Shown here one piece after another: positions 19,221-28,052 of a DNA stretch of 64,000 nucleotides. The stretch is from an uncultured Actinomycetes bacterium (GTDB lineage Bacteria > Actinomycetota > Thermoleophilia > UBA2241). The stretch's first letter is position 1. Every line of letters starts with the position of its first letter. The notes beneath the pieces were generated by a model. It saw only the letters and a program-made list of their open reading frames with translations. It was not told where the DNA came from and did no database searches. The stretch covers positions 352,001 through 416,000 of the forward strand of contig CAVRZA010000004.1 in the NCBI GenBank assembly GCA_963725665.1, in the 5' to 3' direction. Position numbers and translations under genes: made by a program.

Positions 19221-19778
19221 ATGGGAAAGCCATTCACGCCACGAGATAGGGACAGGAGGGACCGGGGGCCCGACACCCGGATCCGCATCAACGACGGCAT
19301 CACGACCGACCAGGTGAGACTGGTCGACGAGAAGGGCCAGCAGCTCGGCATCAAGCCGCTGCGCGTGGCCCTCGATTATGCCGCCGAGCAGAACCTAGAC
19401 CTCGTCGAGGTCGCCCCTCAAGCCAATCCACCGGTCTGCCGCGTCATGAACTTCAGCAAGTACCGCTACGAGCTGGAGCTCAAGGCGAAGCAGGCGCGCA
19501 AGCACCAGAGCGCTGTGGTCGTCAAGGAGATCAAGTTCCGGCCCAAGATCGACGCCCACGACTACGGGACCAAGAGGGGTCACGTGGTGCGCTTCCTGGA
19601 ACACAAGGACAAAGTGAAGGTGACGATCATGTTCCGCGGCCGGGAGCTCGTGCACCCGGAGCGCGGGGAGCAGCTCCTCATGCGACTGGCGGAGGACGTC
19701 AAAGAGCTCGCGACCATCGAGTCGATGCCCAACCTCGACGGCCGCAACATGGTGATGATGCTGGCACCGGTCAAGTAG
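19221..19778 (+). CDS. infC: Translation initiation factor IF-3
   Basis: RINDGI..VRLVD, LDLVEVAP..PPVCR, KEIKFRPKID.HD, KVKVTIMFRGRE. Confidence 0.98.
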   Translation: MGKPFTPRDRDRRDRGPDTRIRINDGITTDQVRLVDEKGQQLGIKPLRVALDYAAEQNLDLVEVAPQANPPVCRVMNFSKYRYELELKAKQARKHQSAVVVKEIKFRPKIDAHDYGTKRGHVVRFLEHKDKVKVTIMFRGRELVHPERGEQLLMRLAEDVKELATIESMPNLDGRNMVMMLAPVK

Positions 19779-19796
19779 CTCGAGGAGAGGGTGCGT

Positions 19797-19994
19797 ATGC
19801 CGAAGATGAAGACTCACAGCGCGGCGAAGAAGCGCTTCAGCCTGACCGGCAGCGGCAAGCTGCGGCGCAACCGCGCCTTCAGGAGCCACCTGCTCGAGCA
19901 CAAGAGTCCTAAGCGCAAGCGCCATCTGCGCAAGGGCACCGGCGTGAGCGACAGCGACGCTCGCGGGGTGCTGCGCCTGCTCGGGCGCCGCTAG
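19797..19994 (+). CDS. rpmI: 50S ribosomal protein L35
   Basis: MPKMKTHSAAKKRFSLTGSGK. Confidence 0.98.
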   Translation: MPKMKTHSAAKKRFSLTGSGKLRRNRAFRSHLLEHKSPKRKRHLRKGTGVSDSDARGVLRLLGRR

Positions 19995-20064
19995 AACATG
20001 ATGTAGCGCGGGTCGTGCCGCCGAGAGCCGGCGAAGACCCGCGGACGGTTTCAAGGAGAACACG

Positions 20065-20439
20065 ATGCCCCGAGTGAAGCGAAGCGTCCACGCGCGCAAG
20101 AAGCGCCGCAAGATACTCGAAGAGGCCAAGGGCTACCGCGGTACCAAGCACGCGAGCTACAAGCGCGCCAAGGAGCAGGTCCAACGCAGCCTCAAGTACG
20201 CCTACCGCGACCGCCGCGTGCGCAAGCGCGAGTTCCGCAAGCTGTGGATCGTGCGCATCAACGCTGGCGCGCGCGAGAACGGCCTCTCCTACAACCAGTT
20301 CATCCACGGATTGAAGCTGGCCGAGATCGAGCTCGACCGCAAGGTCCTCGCTGAGCTCGCCGTGAGCGACCCGGCGTTCTTCACTTCACTGGCCGACAAG
20401 GCGCGCGCCGCGCTGGCCGACGCGAGTCAGGCAGCCTAG
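20065..20439 (+). CDS. rplT: 50S ribosomal protein L20
   Basis: [40 protein letters not shown]. Confidence 0.99.
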   Translation: MPRVKRSVHARKKRRKILEEAKGYRGTKHASYKRAKEQVQRSLKYAYRDRRVRKREFRKLWIVRINAGARENGLSYNQFIHGLKLAEIELDRKVLAELAVSDPAFFTSLADKARAALADASQAA

Positions 20440-20459
20440 GGCGGCGACCGCGTGGGGTT

Positions 20460-21314
20460 TTAAGCACACCGCTCTCAAGCCTCGAGAACTCGCTCGTCAA
20501 GCGGGCGGCTTCTCTTGCGCTGCGCAAGCATCGCGAGGCTGAGCGCGCGTTCCTCGCCGAGGGCGCCGATGTCGTGGCCGCTGCGCTCGCAGCCGGATGG
20601 CGGCCGCAGGCCGTGTTCTTGACCGAAGGGAGCGAGGCCGCCGCGGCCGCCGAGAGCGACCCCGGACTTGCCGGTCTCGAAGTCCATCTTGTGACTCGCC
20701 GCGTCGCCGAGAAGCTCACGACGCTGCAGACGCCGCCCGAGGTCATGGCGGTCTTTCCCTTGACCGAGCCCTCGCCCCTCGAGTCGCTGCGCCACGCCGA
20801 CCTTCTCGCCGTGTACGCCGACCGCGTGGCCGATCCCGGCAACATGGGCACGTTGGTGCGCGCGGCGGCCGCTTTCGCGGCCGCCGCGCTGATCGCCTCT
20901 CCAGGGTGCGTCGACCTCTACTCGCCCAAGGTGGTGCGCGGCAGCATGGGCGCCGTCTTCGGCCTACCGCTCTACCGCGAGGTGCAGCTCGGCGAGGCGG
21001 CGCGCGAGCTCGGTGCGACGAGAGTCTACGGTCTCGTCGCGCACGACGGCGCGCCTCTGTGGTCGGTCGAGCTCGCGCGTCCGGCGCTCATCTGCGTCGG
21101 CGCCGAACGCGCCGGCCTCGGCGAGCTGGTGTTGCGCCAGGTCAGCGACCGCGTGACCATCCCCCTGGCTGAAGGCGGGTCGGCTGGGGTAGAGTCGCTC
21201 AACGCCGGCGTCGCCGGAGCGGTCGCCCTCTACGAGTTCGCCCGGCGCGCCGCGACGAGGGTCGCGCCCCCGTCGCGGCCAAGCCGCCGGCGCCCGGCCG
21301 AAGACAAGGAGTGA
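20460..21314 (+). CDS. TrmH/SpoU-family RNA methyltransferase (start uncertain)
   Basis: SSLENSLVK, FLAEG, DPGNMGTLVR, VVRGSMGA, GAERAGL, ESLNAGVA. Confidence 0.92.
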   Translation, partial: LSTPLSSLENSLVKRAASLALRKHREAERAFLAEGADVVAAALAAGWRPQAVFLTEGSEAAAAAESDPGLAGLEVHLVTRRVAEKLTTLQTPPEVMAVFPLTEPSPLESLRHADLLAVYADRVADPGNMGTLVRAAAAFAAAALIASPGCVDLYSPKVVRGSMGAVFGLPLYREVQLGEAARELGATRVYGLVAHDGAPLWSVELARPALICVGAERAGLGELVLRQVSDRVTIPLAEGGSAGVESLNAGVAGAVALYEFARRAATRVAPPSRPSRRRPAEDKE

Positions 21315-21316
21315 CG

Positions 21317-22408
21317 ATGGACGACGCGCGGGTGCGCGAGCTGCAGAGCGTGACCCCCGAGCTGGCTGCGCTCTACTTCGAGGGCTCGGGCGCGATCGCC
21401 GACGCCGCCGACGAGGAGGCGCTCGAAGAGGTCCGCGTGCGTCTTCTCGGCCGCAAGAGCCCGCTCACCCAGGTCCTGCGCTCGATCCCTACGCTTCCCC
21501 CGGAGCAGCGTCCGCTGGTGGGGCGTCTGGGCAACCTCGTGCGCGCCGAGCTCGAGAAGCTCGCCGACGAGCGCCGCGAGGCGCTCAAACGAGCCGCGCT
21601 CAGCGCTTCGCTCGCCGGGGAGCGCATCGACGTCACGCTCCCCGGCCTGCCGTTCCCGGCCGGCCACGAGCACCTCATCAGCCAGACGATGCGTGAGGTC
21701 GAGGACATCTTCATCGGCCTCGGCTACCGCATCGCCGAGGGACCCGAGATCGAGCTCGACTACTACAACTTCACGGCGCTCAACACGCCGCCCGGCCACC
21801 CCGCCCGTTCCTCCCACGACACGTTCTGGGTGGAGGAGCCGCGCGAGACCATGCCCGAGGCCGTGGTCGACGCCGACCGGGGCGTGCTGCTGCGCACCCA
21901 CACCTCCCCCGTTCAGGTGCGCGTCATGGAGTCGCAGCGCCCGCCTGTGTACATCGTCTGCCTGGGCAAGGTCTACCGTCGCGACTCAGACGCCACGCAC
22001 ACGCCGATGTTCCACCAGGTCGAGGGCCTCGTCGTCGACGAGGGCATCACGCTGGCCGATCTCAAGGGCACCGTGGCGCACTTCACGCGCGAGTTCTTCG
22101 GACCCGAGCGCTCGATCCGCGTGCGGCCGCACTTCTTCCCGTTCACCGAGCCGAGCATCGAGGTCGACGTGAGCTGCGGGCTTTGCGGCGGCGCGGGCTG
22201 TCGCTCGTGCAAGCACTCGGGCTGGCTCGAGATCATGGGCGCCGGCATGGTGGACCCCAACGTCTACGGCTTCGTCGATTACGATGCCGAGACGGTCAGC
22301 GGCTTCGCCTTCGGCATGGGCGTGGAGCGCATGGCGATGCTCAAGCACGGCATCCCCGACCTGCGCCTCTTCTACGACAACGACGTCCGCTTCCTGCGGC
22401 AGTTCTAA
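21317..22408 (+). CDS. pheS: Phenylalanine--tRNA ligase alpha subunit
   Basis: IDVTLPG, HPARSSHDTF, LLRTHTSPVQ, FHQVEG, FPFTEPS, GFAFGMGVER. Confidence 0.99.
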   Translation: MDDARVRELQSVTPELAALYFEGSGAIADAADEEALEEVRVRLLGRKSPLTQVLRSIPTLPPEQRPLVGRLGNLVRAELEKLADERREALKRAALSASLAGERIDVTLPGLPFPAGHEHLISQTMREVEDIFIGLGYRIAEGPEIELDYYNFTALNTPPGHPARSSHDTFWVEEPRETMPEAVVDADRGVLLRTHTSPVQVRVMESQRPPVYIVCLGKVYRRDSDATHTPMFHQVEGLVVDEGITLADLKGTVAHFTREFFGPERSIRVRPHFFPFTEPSIEVDVSCGLCGGAGCRSCKHSGWLEIMGAGMVDPNVYGFVDYDAETVSGFAFGMGVERMAMLKHGIPDLRLFYDNDVRFLRQF

Positions 22409-22420
22409 GGGGAGGCGGAG

Positions 22421-24934
22421 ATGCGTGTACCGTTCGGTTGGATCAAGGACTACGTGAACTGGCGCGGCACGGTCGAGGAGCTCGCCGAGGTGCTCACCAT
22501 GTCGGGCACCGAGGTCGAGGGCATCGACCGGGTCGGCGCGCCGCGCGACGGCGACAACCTGAGCCGCTTCGTGGTGGGCAAGGTGCTGACCAAGGAGCAG
22601 CACCCCAACGCCGACAAGTTGAGCTTATGCACAGTCGACGTGGGCGATGCGAACGGCGGTGTGAAGCAGATCGTGTGCGGCGCCGCCAACTTCGCCGCCG
22701 GCGACACCGTCGCCGTCGCGCTCAGCGGCGCCGTGCTCGAGAACGGCCTCAAGCTCAAGAAGGCCAACCTGCGCGGCGTCGAGAGCGACGGCATGATGCT
22801 AAGCGAGCAGGAGCTCGGCTTCGAGGAGAAGAGCCCGGGTATCGCCGTGCTCCCGGACGACTGCGTCGTGGGCGCGCCGCTGGGGGACTACCTGCCGGTC
22901 AGCGAGGCGGTGCTGGAGCTGGAGCTCACCTCGAACCGGCCCGACTGCTTCAGCATGTACGGCATCGCGCGCGAGGTCGCCGCCGCGGCCCGTCTGGAGC
23001 TGGCGCCGCCGCCCACCGCCGAAGCGGCGGTCTTCGGTGGCGCCCCCGCCGCCGAGTCCATCGCCGTCGAGGTCGCCGACGCCGACCTCTGCCCGCGCTA
23101 CGCGGCGCGGGTCATCCGCGCCGTCGAGGTCGGCGAATCGCCGGTGTGGCTCAAGGCGCGTCTCACGCACGCCGGCATGCGCCCCATCAACAACGTCGTC
23201 GACGTCACCAACTACGCGATGCTCGGCTGGGGCCAGCCGCTGCACGCCTTCGATGCCGGCAAGATCCACGGCGACAAGCTGATCGCGCGGCGCGCAAAGG
23301 ACGGTGAGAGGATCGTCACCTTGGACGAGGTCGAGCGCGTTCTCGATGCCGAGATGCTGGTCATCGCCGACGTGCAGCGGCCGCTGGTCATCGCCGGGGT
23401 GTTCGGCAGCGTCGACGCCGAGGTGGACGACCTAACCACCGACCTGGTGCTGGAGGCGGCTAACTTCAGCGGCCCCAGCATCCTGCGCACCGAGATGCAC
23501 ACCGGCATCCGCAGCGAGGCCAGCAACCGCTTTGAGAAAGGGCTCGACGTGAACCTCGTGCCCGGCTCGCTGGCCTATGCCTCGCGGCTGCTTGCCGAGC
23601 TCTGCGAGGGCACGGTCGCGCCTGGCACGGTCGATGTGATGAGCGTGCCGCCCGCACCGCCGCGCGTGCGCTACCGGCCGGCGAAGTGCGACGGCCTGCT
23701 CGGCTACGCCGTCCCGGCAGCCGAGCAGGCCGCGACGCTGCGCCTTCTGGAGTGCGACGTCGACGAGGGGAGTGACTCGGCCGCCGTCTCCTCTCCATCG
23801 TCGGCGACGGAGTGGACGGTGACGCCGCCGAGCTTCCGCCTCGACCTGGAGCGCGAGGTCGACCTCATCGAAGAAGTGGGGCGCATCGCCGGCTACGGAC
23901 TGGCGCCCGAGACACTGCCGTGTCACCGCACCGCCGGCAGGCTCACGAGGCCGCAGCAGGTGCGCCGTGCCGTACGGCGCGCGCTGGCCGGCTGCGGCCT
24001 CGACGAGGTCATCACCTATGCGTTCGTGGCACCGGACGCCCTCGCTCCGCTCGGGCTGCCCGAGGGTGACGTGCGCCTCCACCCGGTGAGGCTGAGCAAT
24101 CCGATGAGCGTCGAGCAGTCGGTCATGCGCACCATGCTGCTGCCGGGGCTGTTATCGGCGGTGCGCGACAACGTGGATCACCTCAACGACCCGCCCGACC
24201 TGTTCGAGCTGGGGAGCGTCTACCTGTGGGACGACGAGGTGGTGGCCGCGCCGGCGCACGCCGCCGAGCCCGGCGCGGTGCTCCCGCACGAGCCCGAGGC
24301 CCTGGGTATCGTGCTCGGCGGCCCGCTGCAGGCAGAGGACTGGACGCGCGCAGGACGCCCGACGGACTTCTATACCCTAAAGGGCATCGTCGAGAGTGTG
24401 CTGCGGACGCTGCGGCTCGACGGCCACTTCGCGCCGCTCGACGACGCCGCCGCCATGTTCCCGTACCTGCATCCCGGCAAGGCGGCGCTCGTCGGCGTGG
24501 CTCCCGGCGTCGGTGTGGGCGTGCTGGGCATGCTGCGGCCCGACGTGGCCGCGGCCTACGGCATCGAGGACCTCGAGCTCTACGTGGCCTCACTCAACCT
24601 GGAGCGCCTCGCGCAGGTTGCGCTGCACGTCAGGGCGTTCGAAGACCTCGGGACCTACCCGCCCGCTGCCCAGGATCTCGCGGTCGTGATCGGTCGCGAC
24701 GTGCCGGCGGCCGAGGTGGTGGCGATCGCCCGCAAGGCGGGCGGCAAGCTCATCCGCGACGTGCGCGTCTTCGACGTCTACGAGGGCGACCAGGTGCCTG
24801 CCGGCAAGCGCTCGCTGGCGTTGCGCCTCGTCATGCGCTCTCCGGAACGCACCCTGACCGACAAGGACATCACGGAGGTGCGGCGCAGGGTCCTGCAGGC
24901 GCTCGAGAGGGAGCTCGGGGCCACGCTGCGCTGA
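22421..24934 (+). CDS. pheT: Phenylalanine--tRNA ligase beta subunit
   Basis: HPNADKL, IVCGAAN, NRPDC, INNVVDVTNY, RFEKG, DLIEEVGR, LSNPMS, FDVYEG. Confidence 0.99.
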   Translation: MRVPFGWIKDYVNWRGTVEELAEVLTMSGTEVEGIDRVGAPRDGDNLSRFVVGKVLTKEQHPNADKLSLCTVDVGDANGGVKQIVCGAANFAAGDTVAVALSGAVLENGLKLKKANLRGVESDGMMLSEQELGFEEKSPGIAVLPDDCVVGAPLGDYLPVSEAVLELELTSNRPDCFSMYGIAREVAAAARLELAPPPTAEAAVFGGAPAAESIAVEVADADLCPRYAARVIRAVEVGESPVWLKARLTHAGMRPINNVVDVTNYAMLGWGQPLHAFDAGKIHGDKLIARRAKDGERIVTLDEVERVLDAEMLVIADVQRPLVIAGVFGSVDAEVDDLTTDLVLEAANFSGPSILRTEMHTGIRSEASNRFEKGLDVNLVPGSLAYASRLLAELCEGTVAPGTVDVMSVPPAPPRVRYRPAKCDGLLGYAVPAAEQAATLRLLECDVDEGSDSAAVSSPSSATEWTVTPPSFRLDLEREVDLIEEVGRIAGYGLAPETLPCHRTAGRLTRPQQVRRAVRRALAGCGLDEVITYAFVAPDALAPLGLPEGDVRLHPVRLSNPMSVEQSVMRTMLLPGLLSAVRDNVDHLNDPPDLFELGSVYLWDDEVVAAPAHAAEPGAVLPHEPEALGIVLGGPLQAEDWTRAGRPTDFYTLKGIVESVLRTLRLDGHFAPLDDAAAMFPYLHPGKAALVGVAPGVGVGVLGMLRPDVAAAYGIEDLELYVASLNLERLAQVALHVRAFEDLGTYPPAAQDLAVVIGRDVPAAEVVAIARKAGGKLIRDVRVFDVYEGDQVPAGKRSLALRLVMRSPERTLTDKDITEVRRRVLQALERELGATLR

Positions 24935-25062
24935 ACGGCGCCTGGACTCGCAGACGTCGCCGTTGCCCGGCGAGGATCGGCGGCTGGGCGGGGTCGGCGA
25001 CTGAGCGAAGACTGACAGCCGCGCACCTTTTCTGAATACGACTCTAAGTCTGATAGAGCGAC

Positions 25063-25094
25063 GCTTGCATAAGACAGCATCTTTCTTGTATCCT
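25063..25094 (+). promoter_or_regulatory. arg operon promoter overlapped by an ARG-box-like site
   Basis: TTGCAT(25065)-18 nt-TATCCT(25089); tgcataagacagca resembles TGCATA-n-ATGCA; argR lies downstream. Confidence 0.55.
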
Positions 25095-25103
25095 CCGCGC
25101 ATC

Positions 25104-25175
25104 ATGGCCGTGCCCTTCGAGAGAGCGGAGCGTTCGCGGTGTCGGCGAGGCCGACGCCGCGGTGGTCGTCCCTGA
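25104..25175 (+). CDS. Putative Arg-rich leader peptide MAVPFERAERSRCRRGRRRGGRP
   Basis: ATG 9 nt after the -10 box; 9 of 23 codons are Arg (incl. AGA, 2x CGA); ends 59 nt before the argB-like start. Confidence 0.4.
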   Translation: MAVPFERAERSRCRRGRRRGGRP

Positions 25176-25234
25176 CCCACCCGCACCCGGCGGCCACCAG
25201 CGCCGCGCCTACCACTCCGAAGGAGCGAGACCGA

Positions 25235-26026
25235 ATGACAGCCCGTCAGCAGCAGACCGTACAGACCCTCCTAGAGGCCCTTCCCTACATCCGCCGCTTC
25301 AGCGGCTGCACCATGGTCGTCGAGATCGCCGGGGCGACCCTCTGGTCGCCCGGTCTCAAGGCGAGCTTCGCCGGCGACATCGCCCTGCTGCAGCTCGTGG
25401 GGATGAAGCCCATCGTCGTCCACCCGGCCACCGATGTGCCGACGCACCGCGGGCTGGTCGGCCTGATCGGCCTCCACGGCGGTGCGGGTGTCGGTCTGGA
25501 GACTCGCGCCGACGCCGCCTGGCTCAGCGACGGCGAGGCGCACGCGGGCGGGGAGATGCTGGAGCTGACCCCGGACTCGCTCGCTCACGACGTGAAGCTC
25601 GCCGTCGCCGACCTGCTCGCCAAGGGCTCCATCCCTGTGGTCGCCTGCGAGGGCGACGGCAAGCCGGCGAGCGAGGCTGCCGACACGCTCGCCGGCGGGC
25701 TCGCCGTCGCCCTCGCCGCCGAGAAGGTCCTCATACTGTCCGACGCCGGTGGCCTCTACGACAACGACCCCTACGAGCCGCGCATCGTCAGCGAGTGCGA
25801 CCTCGCCTACGTGGGCCTGCTGCAGGCCGCCGGCGTCATCGAGCCCGACATGATGGCGGCCGTAGGCGCCGTGCGTGTGGCGCTCGAGGCGGGAGTGGCG
25901 AGCGCGCACATCATCGACGGCCGCGTCGAGCACGCTCTGCTCCTCGAGATCCTCACCGACGCAGGGTGCGGCACCAAGATCACCCTGCAGGGCAAGGCTG
26001 AAGAAAAGGTCTTGCATATTCCGTGA
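25235..26026 (+). CDS. argB: Acetylglutamate kinase (ArgB)-like protein, catalytically degenerate
   Basis: LLEALPYIRRF, AEKVLILSD, AHIIDGRVEHALLLEILTDAGCGTKI conserved; VVKxGG, HGGG, NxNAD and GGMxPK motifs altered. Confidence 0.8.
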   Translation: MTARQQQTVQTLLEALPYIRRFSGCTMVVEIAGATLWSPGLKASFAGDIALLQLVGMKPIVVHPATDVPTHRGLVGLIGLHGGAGVGLETRADAAWLSDGEAHAGGEMLELTPDSLAHDVKLAVADLLAKGSIPVVACEGDGKPASEAADTLAGGLAVALAAEKVLILSDAGGLYDNDPYEPRIVSECDLAYVGLLQAAGVIEPDMMAAVGAVRVALEAGVASAHIIDGRVEHALLLEILTDAGCGTKITLQGKAEEKVLHIP

Positions 26027-26049
26027 AGACTTGACGTATTATATGCAAA
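26011..26049. promoter_or_regulatory. Tandem ARG-box-like sites and internal promoter before argR
   Basis: cttgcatattccgtgaag and gacgtattatatgcaaac; AT-rich island with TGCATA/TATGCA half-sites. Confidence 0.6.
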
Positions 26050-26129
26050 CCCGCGTCGAGACGGCGACCCCACTCCGTGGGTCGGTGCGATCCGCGACCG
26101 CGGCGGGTCCGTCGTCGGAGAGGTACGGG

Positions 26130-26588
26130 ATGACCAAGGCAGAGCGCCACAGGCTGGTCCTGACACTGGTCCAGCAGCACGAGCTGGGCACCCAGCGCGA
26201 GCTGGTCCACGCTCTGAGGGCGCTCGGCTGTACGGTCACGCAGGCCACCGTCTCGCGCGACATCCGCGAGCTCGACCTGCAGAAGGTGCGTACGCACCTG
26301 GGGCGCGCGAAGTACGTCCTCTCGGCTCGGGAGCGGCCGAGAGACCCGGAGCAGGCCGCGAGCCACGTGCTGCGCGACTTCGCGCGCTCGACGGCCGTCG
26401 CCCAGAACATCGTCGTCGTGCACTCCGAGATAGGCACCGCCAACACCGTTGCGCGGGCCATTGACAATCTGAATCACTCCGACATCGTCGGCACCCTGGC
26501 CGGCGACGATACCTTCCTCATCATCCTCAAGGACGCGCCGACGGCGGTCGAGATGCAGCGCTATGTCGACCGCCTCCGAGAGGCCTAG
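26130..26588 (+). CDS. argR: Arginine repressor
   Basis: TQRELV..VTQATVSRDIREL, VGTLAGDDT. Confidence 0.97.
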   Translation: MTKAERHRLVLTLVQQHELGTQRELVHALRALGCTVTQATVSRDIRELDLQKVRTHLGRAKYVLSARERPRDPEQAASHVLRDFARSTAVAQNIVVVHSEIGTANTVARAIDNLNHSDIVGTLAGDDTFLIILKDAPTAVEMQRYVDRLREA

Positions 26589-26718
26589 CGCGCAGGCACC
26601 CCGCGGCGCGCACTCCAGCCTCGCGTGAGGCCGGCACGCGGACTCCGCCCGTGCGGTCCCCGTGCTCCCTTCGTCACGCGGCGGTCTCGACGGCCGCCGA
26701 GAAAGGATCCCTGCGTCC

Positions 26719-27945
26719 ATGAGCTCCGAGAAGGTCGTCCTTGCTTACTCAGGCGGTCTCGACACATCCTGTCTGATCCCCTGGCTCAACGAGAAGTACG
26801 GCTACGACGTCGTCGCCTGTTTGGTCGACGCCGGCCGTGTGAAGAACATCCCGCACATCATGGAGCGCGCGCGAGCCTCCGGCGCCGTCGCGGCCGTGGC
26901 CGTCGACGCCAAGGACGAGTTCGCCGAGCACTACTGCCTGCCGGCGCTCATGGCCAACGCGCTCTACGAGGACAAGTACCCGCTGGTGAGCTCGCTCTCG
27001 CGGCCGCTGATCGCCCACAAGCTTGTGGACACCGCGCACGAGTACGGCGCCGCGGCGGTCGCCCACGGCTGCACGGGCAAGGGCAACGACCAGGTGCGCA
27101 TCGACGTCGGCGTACGCAGTCAGGACCCCAGCCTGCAGATCATCGCCCCCGCTCGCGGCGCCGATTGGCCGAGCCGCGAGGAGTTGCTCGACTACGCAGC
27201 CGCCCACGACATCCCCCTGCCGCTCTCGAAGAAGAGCCCCTACTCCATCGACGAGAACCTCTGGGGACGCAGCAACGAGTGCGGCGTGCTCGAGGACCCC
27301 TGGGTGGCGCCGCCCGAAGACGCCTTTCAGTTCGTCGTCGCTGTCAAGGACGCCCCCGACGAGGCGCAGAGCGTCGTCGTGACGTTCGAGCAGGGCAGGC
27401 CGGTCGCCATCGACGGCGTGCCGATGGGTCTGGTCGAGCTCATCGAGACGATCGACGGCATCGCCAACAGGCACGGCTTCGGCCGCGTCGACATGATCGA
27501 GAACCGGCTGGTGGGCATCAAGAGCCGCGAGGTCTACGAGGTCGGCGGCGCGCTGGCGCTGATCACGGCGCACCGCGAGCTCGAGGATCTGGTGCTTACG
27601 CGCGACCTGCTGCACTTCAAGCGCACCATCGAGAGCAAGCTGGCCGACATGATCTACGAGGGACAGTGGTTCGATCCGCTGACGGACGCCTGCAAGGCGT
27701 TCCTGTTCCAGAGCCAGGAGCGGGTCAGCGGCGACATCCGCCTCAAGTTCTTCAAGGGTTCGTGCACGCCTGAGGGCCGGCGCAGCGATTTCACGCTCTA
27801 CAGCTACAAGCTGGCCACCTACACCAGCGAGGACGAGTTCTCGCACGAGGCGGCGGCCGGCTTCATCCAGCTCTGGGGGCTGCCCATCGAGGTGTGGGCG
27901 CGCGTGGGCAAGGAGCACCACATGATGAAGGAACTCGAGGACTGA
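26719..27945 (+). CDS. argG: Argininosuccinate synthase
   Basis: VVLAYSGGLDTS, AHGCTGKGNDQVR, YSIDENLWGRS.ECG, ENRLVGIKSREVYE. Confidence 0.99.
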   Translation: MSSEKVVLAYSGGLDTSCLIPWLNEKYGYDVVACLVDAGRVKNIPHIMERARASGAVAAVAVDAKDEFAEHYCLPALMANALYEDKYPLVSSLSRPLIAHKLVDTAHEYGAAAVAHGCTGKGNDQVRIDVGVRSQDPSLQIIAPARGADWPSREELLDYAAAHDIPLPLSKKSPYSIDENLWGRSNECGVLEDPWVAPPEDAFQFVVAVKDAPDEAQSVVVTFEQGRPVAIDGVPMGLVELIETIDGIANRHGFGRVDMIENRLVGIKSREVYEVGGALALITAHRELEDLVLTRDLLHFKRTIESKLADMIYEGQWFDPLTDACKAFLFQSQERVSGDIRLKFFKGSCTPEGRRSDFTLYSYKLATYTSEDEFSHEAAAGFIQLWGLPIEVWARVGKEHHMMKELED

Positions 27946-27988
27946 CGCGGCTCGTCGCGCGGCGCGTATGATGGCCGCATGACGGCGA

Positions 27989-28030
27989 GACGACCTGTGA
28001 CAATGGCGGGACGACCTGTGACGACGGCGG
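27989..28030 (+). repeat. 21-bp tandem duplication in the argG-argH spacer
   Basis: gacgacctgtgacaatggcgg / gacgacctgtgacgacggcgg. Confidence 0.7.
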
Positions 28031-28052
28031 CGACGAACGCTGGGCGGGTCCG

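Noticed and set aside
19221-19280. Non-canonical ATT start for infC
   Set aside because: The ATT at 19232 is out of frame; ATG 19221 is in frame
27989-28030. CRISPR-like array
   Set aside because: Only two adjacent 21-bp copies without spacers; no cas genes; no array seen anywhere in the window
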